A DNA stretch of 53,100 nt, filler included, from Basidioascus undulatus (Eukaryota): assembly GCA_000826855.1 (NCBI GenBank). It is 3 parts of 3 records of this genome, joined end to end, with 100 filler letters (N's around TTAATTAATTAA, not from the genome) between each part and the next. Parts side by side here need not be neighbours in the genome. Positions count along the whole stretch, not along the records: positions 1 to 17,638 come from JTLS01000517.1; 2 more parts are not named here. The stretch is one strand, 5' to 3'. Under the pieces are notes generated by a model that was not told where the DNA came from, made no database searches, and saw only the letters and a program-made list of their open reading frames with translations. The position numbers and the translations under genes are program-made. This document shows, piece by piece, positions 1 through 12,550 of the stretch (positions are counted from its first letter, which is position 1; every line of letters starts with the position of its first letter).

Positions 1-2867
1 AGGGAGAGCACGCTCAGCGTCCCTGAGAGCCAGACGAGCTTGAGCTCCGGGCTGCAGAGCCTGCGGAGCAAGCGCACGAGCTCGAGCGGCAAGCGGGCAT
101 CCGGCTTGAGTTCTAGCCTCAGCCGCAGCGGCGGTAGCGGAAACGGCGGGGCGAAGAGGACCTCGAGAACCTCGAGCGATCTGGGCTTGCCGAGCAGGAG
201 TAGGAGCGCGACGGACAGCAGTGGGAGCGCGAGCGCGAATGGCTCCGGGGCGGGAAGCAACAGCGGCCGGAGCGCAGCGGGGAACCAAAGGGACTCCATC
301 TTGAAGGTGCGCGGCCGCCAGCTATTTCTTCGTCAGACCACGCAAAGGCTGACCTGACCTGTTCATTTACCTCAGCCTCTGGTCGGCCCGGACTCGCTCG
401 AGCAGGCTCACCACGCTGCCGTCCAGATCGACAAGAACTTGCACGTGCGTTTTCGACCAAAGATAATCGTACTTAGTTGGGGAGGAGGCTAATTATCTTT
501 GACTCGCAGGACTTTGAAGACGCGATCGCTGGTGGCTTGATCATCACGCTGCGCGACGTGCTCGGCTTGCGCTCGAAAGACGGCCGGCGTCTGAGCGGCT
601 GTGGGCTCGATCGGCAGAGTGTGCTGGGCGTCAACCAAGTGCTGGAGAGAGGACAAAGCATGGCACTATGGTATGTCTTTGCTCATCCTTGTAAGTGCCT
701 TTGTGCCCGAGCAAGATAGCTGACGAACGGTACGTGTGTATACAGGGGCGAGCTTTTCATTTCCGAGAAGTTCAACCAGCTCCGAGCAGAGCTCGAGAGC
801 CTCTACCTCCTCCTCTTCACGTCGCTGGAGATGGCCGAGGACGTCCTCGCGTTCTGGAGCAAGCACCAGTCCTCCGTCTCCTCGGTTCTTGCTCGCACGT
901 CCGCCTCCCTCTCCGCCCTCCAGCGCGGGCTTCCCCTCCTAGAAGACGCCCTCTCCTCTGCCCTCACCCGCTACGCGCTCGTCTGCTCCCGCCTCGACGC
1001 CTGGGACGAGAGCTGGGCGTCGCGCGAGCGCGAGAATGCCCTCGCGCTCCAGGTTTACGCGCTCCTCTCCGAGCTCATGGACACGGTCGCGCGCGTGCAG
1101 GACGGCGTCGACCTGGACGGTCGGCACCGCGTCCTGCAGGTCAGCAAGGCCTTCGGAGGAACGACGCTGAAGTTGCGCGCGCTCAAGGACGTCGCCGCGC
1201 AAGGAGAGCCGCGGCTCTGGGCGATGCTCAACGACGTGCTCGGCCAGGTCGCGTCGTTTAAGCAGGCGCTCATCTCGCGGTGGTTCTCAAGCTCGATGCC
1301 GCCGAGCACGCCGAGCGAGCTTGCGTTCCCGTCTGCTGCTCTGGCGTCCCAGCGCCACTCGCTCGACGCGACGCCGAGCATGTCGACCCGCTCCCGCACA
1401 TCCACCGTCGCCTCGTTCGACTCGGGGCAGTCCGTCGGCCCCGCGACAAGCTTCATCCCCAGTCCCATGATGCACGCCTTCCCGCCGCCTCCCTCTCGCT
1501 CCGACATGAACCTCAACATGCCACGCTCGCAGACGTCGAACCTCTCGTCCGACCCCGCCCCGCTTCCCCCACCGACGGACGAGGAGCTGCACAGCGCGCG
1601 GACGAACGCGCTCGAAGTCGACACCGACCTGGCGCGCGTGCAGGAGCGCCTGTCCGAGCTGCAGGAGCGCGAGCGCGCGCTCGCCGACGAGCTCGTGAGC
1701 CTCGCGCGGCGCCCGATCGAGGACGAGGAGGAACGTGACTGGCTGAGGCGCAACCTCCTCGCCGAGTCGCAGGCGGTCGTGGACGAGCGACTGGTTATCT
1801 ACCGCGAGCGCGCGAGGTTGAGGGAAGAGAAGGCGGGGATTGAGGAGGTGATCGCTGCTGGGATGGAGAAGGGAGCCGGAAGGGACGAGGAGCAGGGCGA
1901 GGAGGCCAAGGAGGAGGCCGCAGACAACAGCGCGATGGGCAAGCTCGCGGCGTTTCTCGAGGCGCAGAAGTCCAAGTCCTCCCTCCCCGTGGCGCACGAG
2001 CCGCAGCTCCTCGAGATTGAGCACGCGCCCGACAAGCTGTCTACTTCGCCGCCGCCGCTCCCGCCACTTCCACCGCCACTGCCGCAGCAGAAGCTCCACG
2101 AGCAGACGCTTCGGCGCCTTGAGGCGCTCGCGGACGCAGAGGCCGCCGCGCTGGGCGACTTGGAGGAGCTCGGGTGGGCGATCGGCCTGACGCGCCACGT
2201 CCCTTCCGCGATTCGGCAGGACTTGGGAAAGATATCGAGGGGCATGCCGAAGGTGCGTTGGGGCTAATTGGGGCTGGCTTATCCTTCGCGTGCGACGATT
2301 AACATCGCGGTGGATAACAGGTGAAGAAGGGCGTCGCTGCGGCCGAGTCGCATCTCGCAGTCACGCGTACGGCTACCCTCGCGGCCATCGAGCAGCGCAT
2401 CGACGAGGTTAAATGTATCTATGAGTGGGTACGTCCCACAGCTTTTTATGGCGCTTCTCCAATTTATTGAACAATGCTCCATCACCGTGTCGCAGCTCGG
2501 CATTTTCAGCACCAGCCCGCAAGCATCGCACCCTCCCTACCCGCACTCCCGCATGCCCTCCGACCGGAGCAACACCCCGCCGCCCATCTCTCTCGACACC
2601 TCCACGCTCGACTCGCCCCTTCCCCTAGGCTCGAACGAGCCGCGCTCGCATTGGTCAATGAGCACCTCTGCGGACAGCAGCTCGCACGGCCACGACGCTA
2701 CCGCGGCCGCGTCCGGCAGCGACCTCAGCGGCCTGCGCGGCATGTACGAGCGCGTTGAGGAGGAGGCGCAGAGGTGGGAGGTCGACGTGAGTGAGAACGA
2801 GAGGTGGGCGGACTTGCTCGAGGAGGCGCTGCGAGTCGCGAGGGGTCGGCTGGACGGGTTGACGTGA
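1..2867 (+). CDS. Multi-exon hypothetical protein with Ser-rich and coiled-coil regions (5' end outside window)
   Basis: Frame is preserved across GT-AG introns at 307-375, 445-509, 671-745, 2253-2320 and 2429-2495, joining ORFs 40..357, 477..719, 831..2267 and 2421..2867. Heptad/charged segment LARVQERLSELQERERALADEL. No family recognised. Confidence 0.75.
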
Positions 2868-3528
2868 GGTGGCGCCGGTAACTGCTGTTTGCGGGTTCCT
2901 GTCGGCTGCACTGTCAGGCTACTCTCCAGGCATCTTCACGCCCCGCGACCCAAACCACGCTGTCTGTAGTTTTTCTTAATGTAATGCACTTCTTGGTCCA
3001 CTCCCATAGTACGAGCACTGCGCTCCGCCAGCGGGACAGCATGCAGCTGGTGAACGTCGTCGCGTTGCGGTTCACCGTGTGGCCGACCCGATTTTGCTTT
3101 CACATGCTTTCTTCACCGGTGTACATGGGTGCGTGTGAGGTAATATGGATTTTTACATGTCGCTTCATTCCATTGCCCATCTCTTCGTGGGCAACATCAT
3201 GGATCTCGGCGGGAGCTTTGAGCGCCGGCCGAGGCTGGCGGCCAAGCTGCTTGCAGTCAGCTGATCCTACCTATCTCGTGTCGCACTCACGCTTTCATGG
3301 GCATTTCGCGCTTGCTGCGCCGCCAGATGTAGTCGCTCTTTCGGAAACAACAAAGTAGCCGGAGCGGGAAGGGCGCACGATGCCGCGCAGAATCAGTCTG
3401 CGTTCCGCTTGGTCCGCTTGATGCTGAGACTATTATAACGGGGGCGAGCTTCTGACCTGCACATGATCTCCCCGTTTCTCAGTTCACCTACCACATCTTG
3501 TACACCCTCAGAACAAATTATCATCGCT

Positions 3529-4919
3529 ATGACTCCCTCTGTCAAGATCCCTGAAAACCCTGCACCCGAAGGGTACCTTCCTAACCCGCACAGCGCTGCG
3601 GTCGACGCTGCCTGGGCGCGATTCGAGGCCGAGTTGAAGGCGGACGACTGGAAAGGTGTGTGTGTGGTTCAGCTGCTTGTTCCGAGTGTGACAGCGCTGA
3701 TATGGGACAAACTTAGCCGGTGGTGAGAAGGAGGGTGTCCAGCTCTTCAAGAAGGACAACCCGTCTGGCGGGATGCCGTTGGTAAAGGGCAAAGGCACGA
3801 TCAAGGGCCTGAACGTCGAGCAAGTGCTGTCGGCTATGGAGTCCCCGGGGATGCGAGCGATCTGGTAAGTCTGTTATATCCCCAGTATTTGCGCTGAGGA
3901 CTTATGCAAGCCCGAACCGGCAGGGATGCACCACGGTAAGTCGCACTGCGCCGCAAGAGAAGCAGTCCAGCACTCACACTCCGCTCGTTGTACTTGCAGC
4001 TTCAAGCAGGGTGCCGCGCTGGCTGTCTTTGGACCGGCGACGCGGCTGTTTTACGTTGTCCAAGCCGGATTGGGGTGCGTGTCCTTTCGTCTTTGCCTGA
4101 TTTTCAGCGGCTTAGCGGCCTTGTCCACAACAGCTGGATTGTCTCGCCTCGCGATCTCGTCGGTGTGATGGACACGAAGCGGAGTGAGGGCGTTGTGCGC
4201 CAGGTGCAGACCTCTGTCAAGGACGACCGTGCCCCCGAGGGGGCTGACGGCAATGTCCGCGGCCATCTCGAGCTGGGTGGCTGGGAGTTCAAGTGAGTCG
4301 TTACGCCGCCCGGACGGCGGATGAAGTTGAGTGAGATGCAACTAACAAATCATCAACTTTCCGCCCGCGCAGACAAGAAGGCGCAGAGGTGCAGGTCACC
4401 TACATGGTCCTCGTTGATCTGTACGCACGATCACCTTTATGGAGAAACGTGTGAATATTCGCTGATACTGGTTCGGCACTCATAGCAAGGGCAGCTTGCC
4501 CGGCGCGGTGACCAAGAAGTGCGTTTCTGCCATCGCATTTCAGCGTTAACCTTGCAGCTGAAAGACAACCCTTGCACTTCGCTTTCAGCCTCGCCACCGA
4601 CCTTCCGCTCTGCATCGCACGGCTGCGGGAGACCATCGCAGAACACGGCTTCCCGCCCCATGTTCTTCCCGTCCCCTCGCCCGCCTCAACAATTCAGCTC
4701 CCTGCGCTTCACCCGAAGGCGACGTGGACCCTGGCGTTCCGTGGTGCTGAGGGCGAATTTCACGTTGGCTGGGGCAAGCAGATGTATCCTGGTGGGGTAA
4801 AGGTCAGCGTTGAGGCTGGAAGTGGGGTGGACGCTGTCGTTGAGGAGGGGAAGATTGTGGTCAAGGTCGGGAAGGAGGCGGAAGGACAGAACAGGGTCCT
4901 GAGGGTGGAGCGGGCATAA
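3529..4919 (+). CDS. START/SRPBCC (Bet v1-like) lipid-binding domain protein
   Basis: Spliced product MTPSVKIPENP...GVQLFKK...PLVKGKGTI...MRAIW...WIVSPRDLVG...RGHLELGGWEF...VTYMVLVD.KGSLPGAV. SPRD and D.KGSLP are START-domain hallmarks. Confidence 0.8.
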
Positions 4920-5049
4920 GGCAGAGGATAGTACAAAGTAAACGCGAAGATGAAAAGTGCCCTTCGATTTGAATTATCTGTTCGTTCCTCCGTTGAGGTT
5001 CTCAGGTAGTGGTAATGGGACCCTTCAGTAGCCCACATCAAAATTCACA

Positions 5050-5965
5050 GTGTGAAAGACCATCTTTAGGTGGCACCTTCCGATGCTTTAAGGTGGGCCG
5101 ACGGAGTCAGAAAGACGTCTTTCAGCTACTTTCAGGAAAGTCCAAAAGATCAGTCAGACGACAATTTGGACGTCTTTTGGCGTCTTTTGGCCGCCTGATG
5201 GCTGTCTGATAGACCGTATCTTTCTAAGGAGTGCCAATTTCACTGGTACTGTTCATTAGTATTTCGCTACTAGGGGTGCTACGATATCCTATAGCCATTT
5301 TATTATTGGATTTTACACTGCAAATAGTAGGTATAACCATCGCTTTCCAGTCGTCTCGCTTATGACATTATAGTTCGCTAGTATTCAAACAGCTGAAATG
5401 GTAAAAGCTACCAATTGATTCTGAACTACATGGTATACACTTCACCATTCCAGCTGCAGGTCAGCCCTCACTCACATCAGGAACCTTTGCCAGGCCTGTC
5501 GGTCTAACCGTATGATGAAAGCAGCGTGTGGAAGGGGAAGAACAGAGACGGAGCACGAGAATTGGAGAAATGTGAGGAGCACGGAACCCGGCCTTGAAAG
5601 TTCCTCTGCGCCGATAGTGGCCGGACTTGAGCGCTGCAAGTGCCAGCACACCAAATCCATCATACGACTATCAGGTCACCAAAAGATCAAATGAAGGATG
5701 AAAACTTTCAGACAGCCAAAAGACAACCATGAAGTCACTTTCCGTCGGTCAAAAGGTGGGCTGATAGACGAGTGCTTTCAGACATCCAAAAGACGGCCAT
5801 CTGGCAGCTTGTAGCGCGCCAAAATGTGGACTGAAGGTCGGCACTATAAGATGACCAACAGACACCATCAGACGACTTTCTGAGTCCAAAAGGTGGGTTG
5901 AAACATGCGAGTTTTCAGGCGGCCGACAGATGGGGATGGCGGCGGATGGTCAGGCTTTCAGATAG
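5050..5965. repeat. Degenerate ~35/70-bp repeat array with inverted copies (possible transposon relic)
   Basis: Units with core rCTTTCAGA-N-CCAAAAG start at 5667, 5704, 5737, 5774, 5807, 5843, 5875 and 5911. Reverse-complement copies (gtcttttgg, ggctgtctga) at ~5170-5210. Confidence 0.6.
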
Positions 5966-6365
5966 CAATTGACGCTGTGACTGTCACAAGGCGAAAGCCT
6001 CCTTCGGCGTCAAGTGCCTTTCAAAAGATGATTGACATACTGGTAGATTTTGCACAAGATGTACCCCGCATTGGTGCATGTGTGAAAAGACTGTTGACCG
6101 GTCCCCGAAGGCAAGAGCGAACACTAGCGAAGTGGCAGGGCAGGCAGAGAATGTGAGAAGCAGCGTGTTCATGCAGCTGTATTCCATTACAGTCATGACT
6201 CGAGAGTCCATTTCACTCGGATGCAGGTCCGTTCAAAGAGCGCTCATTCACGTAAACCAGGAAGAGATAAAACGATGGCATGGCAGGTGTGCCAGGCTTC
6301 CACTGTCAATTTACCGTTGTCAGAATCGCGGTCCCAAAGAAACAGTCCAGCGGAGGCGCACCTTC

Positions 6366-9300
6366 TCAGTGGAGCTCAACAGTCAGGCCGTCGTAGAGGT
6401 CGGTCTCGAACTCGAACTTCAGCGCCTTGGTCTTCTTGTCCCAGTCGAGAGCCTTCTTGTCGACTTGCTTGCCTCCGACAGAAACGTGCTTGACCTTCTT
6501 GTCCACGTTGAGGAACGAGAACGACGCGATCTTGGCGTCGTAATTGACGGGGCCGGACACGACGAGCTTGGAGCCATCGAAGTTGAACTGGACCTCGGTA
6601 GTCTCGGCGGGCTCGAGAGAGACGCCGTCGTCGAGGTACAACTCGCCCCAGGCCTGCAAAGTCAAGGGAAAATTGAGCTGAGCGGCTCGCGGCAACAGCA
6701 GAAGTGAAAAATGCACCTTGCCGTCCTTGCCGGGGGCAACGACAATCTCGAAGGGCTTCTTGCGGAGCTCCTATATACCCGGGATAGAGGTTGTTAGCCG
6801 CAGCCCCCTGTTTTGCCCGCGCCGCGACGCACAGTGGTAGTCATTGCGCTCTCGGAGCGGAGCGGAATGACGGCGCCGCCTCGAATGTGCACCGGTATTT
6901 CCGTAAAGTCGACGTTGTCGAGGGTGGTGTTGGCGCCCTTGCCTTCGACAACCTCGTAGGTCTTGAAGTCGTCTGCTCAATGACAGAATCAACATGGGCC
7001 TTGACCTTGCTAAGGCCAAGCTGGAAACGCTTACAGAAGACATCTTCAGGGAGGTAGAACTCGACGGAGGTAGAGTTCTCCTCGGTGACGGGTGAGACCA
7101 AGATACTGTGGCCGAACAAGAACTGATGGTCGATCGCGAAGGTGTTCGGGTCGTGAGGGTACTTGTAGAACAGGGGGTTGAGCGTGGGCGACCCATCCTT
7201 GGCCTGGTGGTGGATAGCCGTGTAAAGGTAGTCGAGAACTGCAGTGTTAAGCGCAGAAGTGGTGTCAGCTCAGAGGCCAACTAGGTCAACTGGACCGCAG
7301 ACAAAAATGCACGAACGACGGTAGCTGTAAATGGAAAAGCGATTAGAGATGGGACGCATTTCATTAACTCGAAAAACACACCGCATGCCAATCGCATTCT
7401 TAGAGGCTTCGGTCGTGAGCGGCCACCGGTAAAACTCTTGCGGGATGCCGCCGAGCTCGTTGTGCTGATACGAAGACTATTAGACGGATGCAAGTGTCAT
7501 GATCTGCTTGACGACTCACGTTGCGCATGAAAGGACTGAAGGCACCGAGTGTCGCCCACCGGGCACAAAGGGTCTCCGTAGTGTTGGCCCCGAAACCACA
7601 CTGCATCGAAAGTCCGACCTTTCAGCCGTGAATGGGTTTTGTCGTGGATCGAGTTTAGGTGCTTACGATGTCAGAACCCACAACGGGAACGCCGTAGATC
7701 GAGGCAAAGCCAAGCTGGCCGGCAATAGAGAAGCGGTATTGGGTCCAGGTCGAAAGATTATCGCCTGAGGGTTATAGGAGAATAGTTGCAGAAAACCCAG
7801 GGGGGCAGGAGAGAGAGGGCAACAAGGTGCACGGTTAGACTACCGAGTTCGCAGTGGGAGCTTCGACGAGCTTACCGAGCCACTTTCCAACGGAGCGCCC
7901 AGCACCGGGGAACGTAGAGCGGGTAATGATGATTGGCTGCAGTAAACGAGAGGTCAAAGAGCGCACAAGAAGGGTATCGCAGGCCCACTTAGACGACGTA
8001 CCTTGAGGCCAGGACGGCGGGCAATCATGGCATTGCGGGTTGCGACCGACATCATCTCACCGTACATGTTGTCTGGAAAGAATGCATTAGTGCGGCGCGT
8101 TTAGGAAATTCAGAAGCGCAACTGAACGAACTTACGAACGTCATATTCGTGCAGCCCGTTGGCGTGAACAAGATCGGTATGCGCAGTCTTGTTAGACAAG
8201 CTGCCAGCTGCATTCTGGATCTTATACGGCGGGTTGAGGAGGCTGAAATCAAACAGTTCAGTTCGAAGCCCTTCGCAGGCGCTGCTGGACGCAGCAAGTC
8301 CCTGCAACTCACTCGACCTCGACCGAATGACGCCGCTCGATGCTCGGCGGGAATGGCGGGGTGCCAGGAGCGGGCGGCGGGGTAGTGCGGTTGGGCGGGT
8401 TGCCCTGACGGATAGCGTCGGCGAAGGGGTCGGTGGACTCCTCGTTGAGGAAGTTGGCAGGCTCATTCTGAGACAACCATACAAGGTGTCAGCCGACAGC
8501 AGAAGATGAGTTGGATACAACAGAAAACAAACTCGCCATGTCAATCCCTTTTATTTGAACGGTCAGTGTCCAGACGCAAACATTGGAATAGGGAAAGATT
8601 GCTCACAGACGCCATCAATGTCTACGCCGGTTTCGGCAGAGAAGAAGCGTGCAAACTGCTCGTTCCAGTAGCTCTGCGCGTTGGGCGCGAACCAGTCTTC
8701 AGAATGGGGAAGGTCAGCGCGTCGCCCGAGCAACTGCTCTCGTAACGTGTCATCTTATGCTTACCGGGGAACACGGTGACTCCGGGCCAGACCACGCCGA
8801 GGTACAGGCTGCCGTTGTTCTCCTTGAGGAAGATGTCCTGCTCGACGCCGCGGTCGAACGCCGCGTAATCATGATTGGGCTGATAGGCAGTTGCGGGGTC
8901 CACCATGACGACTGACCGGTAATTTTCCTGTGAGCTATCAATTATGCCGCTATAATGAAAGTATGTGACGCACTGTAATGCTGATCATGCTCGTGGAGAT
9001 AGTCGACGATCTCCTGAACCTAAAGCAGGGCGCAAACGCTGTGAGTATGAGTGGCTCCCCTTGGACTCCAGACAGTGTAAAGTAAGATAGCGATGATTAC
9101 ATACCTTGTCGAGCGGGAAGTATTCGGGGTCCAGCTGCAAACAGTCACTCCAAACGTGAGTACGTTGACCAAGACTTCAACGTTGCCGAACAGCGCGACT
9201 GACCGTGAAGACCCAACGCTGTTCTTATACAAAATGAAGATCAACGTCGCTGTTACGCCTCAGTAGCGTTGCGGATAAGTCTACATACCTGGTACATGTA

Positions 9301-10785
9301 GTCTTCGGATGCGCGACGATGTGTGAGTCTTGTACAGGGAGAGTCTAGGCGGATGATAGGCGCGGCGTACCGATATCCGTCCACATTGTCTCCAACCTAT
9401 GATTTGACGTTCAGAAGCGTCATTTAACAGAAGAATTGCTGCTCACGGAATACCGGCGGCGCTGTAGTTGGTAATGGCTTGAGCTACTTCGACGTAGTCC
9501 TTGTAGCCTGCAGAGGTTCCACTTCGATTAGCAACGACGGGGGTGCTGCCTTCTTTATCTAAAACTTCCCGTAACGGCAATTATGGAACCCAAGGCCCCA
9601 GTAAGGGACCTCAGAGGGAAGGCCGACCACCTCGGCGTACTGCTTTGCGACTTCGATCTGAGTCCAAGGGGGAAGTCAGCCAGCGACCAACGCCTGCAGC
9701 ATGGGGTTGGCAACCTACAGGTGACGGTCCAGCAAGGAAGTACAGGTCAACGATGCCTCCGAGAATGTTGTACTCAAGGAAGCCGTCGCGGAGATTGATG
9801 TCCATGCCTGCGAAGATGATGGCCGTGAGAAGGTGCGTCGGCATCGGGATAGGAAGACTTACCGTTCGAGCTGAGGAGGAAGACTCCGTGCGTGCCCGAT
9901 GTGCGGTGCTCATAGTAGACCTTAAAAAGTTTAAGCGTAAGCTAGCAGGTTGCATCTACGGCCGAGGCGGAAGAGCGCATACAGGGTGAGAACCGTACAG
10001 GTTCGTGCCGGTTGGAATGCCGTAAGAGTCGCGATTCCAGAGCGTGCGCGTAGTGTTGCGGGGGTTAAGGCGGAACGTCTGCATGTAAACAATCTTCAGC
10101 TGGTGTGGCTTTTGAGGCTGTGGAGCAGCTTACCTCCGTATGCTCTCCCAGCCCATAGATATTAGCCTGGGAAGGCAGGTGCGTCTTCAGGCGGAGGTAC
10201 TGATGGAAGGGTCGGATGTTAGCCGGTCGAACCTGTTTCAAATGAGAATAAAATACCGTACCTGGCTCTCGAAGATCAGAGGGTAGTCGGCCGTGTCGAA
10301 GAGGACTTCCCCAGACTCGGAGCGGACGATGGAGAACGAGAACGGCTCCGCGACGTGCTTGAACTGGATAGCGGCGGAAGAGGCGGAAGTGTCGGCGGAA
10401 GAAGGACGAGGGAAGACTTCCTCGGGGACTTGGTAGCGAGCTTCCTCGGGGTCAGCAATCTTGACGTGGATGCGATTCTCTGTCGAAGAGTCGTTACGAC
10501 GAAGAATGCGGTCGGATAGATCAGAGGCGCACCGGATTCATAGACCACCTTCAAATTCAACTCCGTCAGGTCATAGCCATATGCATTGCAGGCATCGCCT
10601 GCGAGCGTTAGGTGGGCCTCGAGCGAGTAGTCCGTCTGTTGCACGTTGTGCGCCTTGTACCCAGGGCACGCGTCGACGTCGCCGTTCGCTTGCCGGACCT
10701 TGAGCGCGGGGACGGGGTTGGACGAAGCGAGCGAGGAGAAGAGCAGCAGTGCAGACGCCGCTGCTGCCGCTGTGGAAGTCCACAT
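6366..10785 (-). CDS. Secreted glycoside hydrolase family 31 alpha-glucosidase
   Basis: Signal peptide [27 protein letters not shown]-terminal motif; [11 protein letters not shown]; spliced nucleophile motif DGVWIDMNEPANF; acid/base motif KWLGDN; CGF...[20 protein letters not shown]-terminal GELYLDDG. Many short introns. Confidence 0.95.
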
Positions 10786-11780
10786 CTTGTTGGACGAGGA
10801 GGTGGGGTAACAGGGGGGCACGGTGAGGACCTCCGGCGGGGCAACGCACTCCGCCTTTTATGTGTGTGCAGGACGGCCGGGGAACCGACAGAAAAACATG
10901 GGGAACCCAGGTTGAGGCACGATCACGGGAGGAGAAGGTGCACGCTAAACTAGTCCTGGTCAAGCGCTGTTCCTGCGGGTCAACTGCGCCGGCATGAACT
11001 TTGCGGCGCCTGAAGTGGTCCAACATGTTCACCGACAGCACTCCGTCCCGCGGCTCATGATGATCTTCCATCCAACACCGCTGCGGTAAGATCACACATT
11101 GTCAAGAACGCTCGAGAACATGAAAAGGCCGGCAGCCGACCATGGCAGCCGACCATGATTCCCCTGATCATGGTTCCGCTGATAATGGGAGTGCAGGACA
11201 TTCGAAGGAACCAACGAAAGAGAATGCCGGTGCAACTTCGGTGAAAGTCTGGAGGTGCGGACGAAGTTGCCGGCCTGTCCGACCATCAAGTGCTCCGGAG
11301 GCTGCCTGACTGCCTACTACATGGGATCCATTCGGTTCTGTTGGAGTACACCGATAGCACAAGTATAAAGGTCGGTTATGATGAAGTGCCCATGCTGCTT
11401 AGTCTACATGCTCGGACATGAACTTCTGATAGCCTTTCTTCTGATGGCCACTTTCAACTGCTTTTGGCCGCCCTGGCAGCGTGAGGCTGGCGGAAAGTTT
11501 CCGCTCTACCCCGATGAGGCGTTTCCTAGTACGACCTGCCAGATTCTGGTACCGAGCCACATATAACGTTCAACTGGTTCAGAAAACTTACAGCGCTGTA
11601 CTTATTTGAATGGGCGTCACACCGCATAGAGCTGCATCGAGCAGGATGAGCGTAGCTGCGTGCGGACAGAGTCGCTTGTTGCTGCTGGCCAGTGGACTCG
11701 GACTACTCCGGCCGGCTGCCGAGGGACGTGGGTCTCTCCTTGCCCTTCACCGTCTTCTGCTTCGCATACTCCCTGTGCCA

Positions 11781-12302
11781 ATGTCCGCACCTCTCCACGA
11801 TATTTCTGAAGGCGTACGCTTTATCTCTAGCGCGCCGGACCGCCTCTCCCCTCAGCATGACGCCGAAGACTCGACGCTGTCCTGCCGCTCCCTGACGCTG
11901 GCAGACCTGCCCACGCTCGGCGGGCACCTCGAAGCTCTCCCACCCGGCACACGCTCTTCCCTTCCGCACGCCCACTCCCGCTCCGACGAGTTTGTCTACA
12001 TCCTCCGTGGACGCGGAAGCGGCTGGATCGACGGGGAGCTGCACCCTGTGAAGGCGGGCGACAGCCTGGCGTTCCGGGCGGGCACGGGCGTCGGGCATGC
12101 CCTGATCAACGATGGCGGGGAGGGGGGAGACGAGGAGCTCCTATATCTTGTGGTGGGCAGTAGGGTTGAGGGGGATCAGGTGCGGTATGTGACGAAGGAA
12201 GGGGAGGAGCGCAGAAAGGCACGGTTCGAGGAGTTGGGCAGATGGTGGGAGGACGCACCTCTACAGACGCAGGGCGAGCACGACGGCAAACCCTGCCGGT
12301 GA
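11781..12302 (+). CDS. Cupin-domain protein (Cupin_2, COG3837-like), intronless
   Basis: LPPGTRSSLPHAHSRSDEFVYILRGRG...DGELHPVKAGDSLAFRAGTGVGHALIN carries both cupin metal-binding motifs (HxHxxxxE and H). Confidence 0.9.
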   Translation: MSAPLHDISEGVRFISSAPDRLSPQHDAEDSTLSCRSLTLADLPTLGGHLEALPPGTRSSLPHAHSRSDEFVYILRGRGSGWIDGELHPVKAGDSLAFRAGTGVGHALINDGGEGGDEELLYLVVGSRVEGDQVRYVTKEGEERRKARFEELGRWWEDAPLQTQGEHDGKPCR

Positions 12303-12510
12303 AAGCCCGTGGGTAAATAGCGGATGCGATCGAAACGACGGTTGCCATGTCTGGCTGGACTGAGGGAAGCATCAAAGACCGCTCATCGTCAAGCACGACC
12401 CTGCAATCAACGAATGCTGTCACGTGTCGTGTTAACAAGCAAAGTATATATACCACAGTACATGGATCAAAGACCGGATCGGAAGAACAGCTCAATTAAA
12501 TCGCACTGAA

Positions 12511-12550
12511 GCGCATGGAAGGTGTAAGGCGCGCATGGAAGGTGTAAGGC
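12511..12550. repeat. Perfect 20-bp tandem duplication
   Basis: gcgcatggaaggtgtaaggc x2. Confidence 0.95.

Noticed and set aside
1..299. Minus-strand Leu-rich ORF starting MESLWFPAAL
   Set aside because: Antisense shadow of the + strand gene, which has consistent splice sites.
1055..2245. Long minus-strand ORFs (232, 303 and 148 aa)
   Set aside because: GC-rich antisense shadows of the + strand CDS.
5667..5940. CRISPR-like repeat/spacer appearance (also 13686-14070)
   Set aside because: Eukaryotic context, repeats too degenerate, spacers related or low-complexity, and no cas genes.
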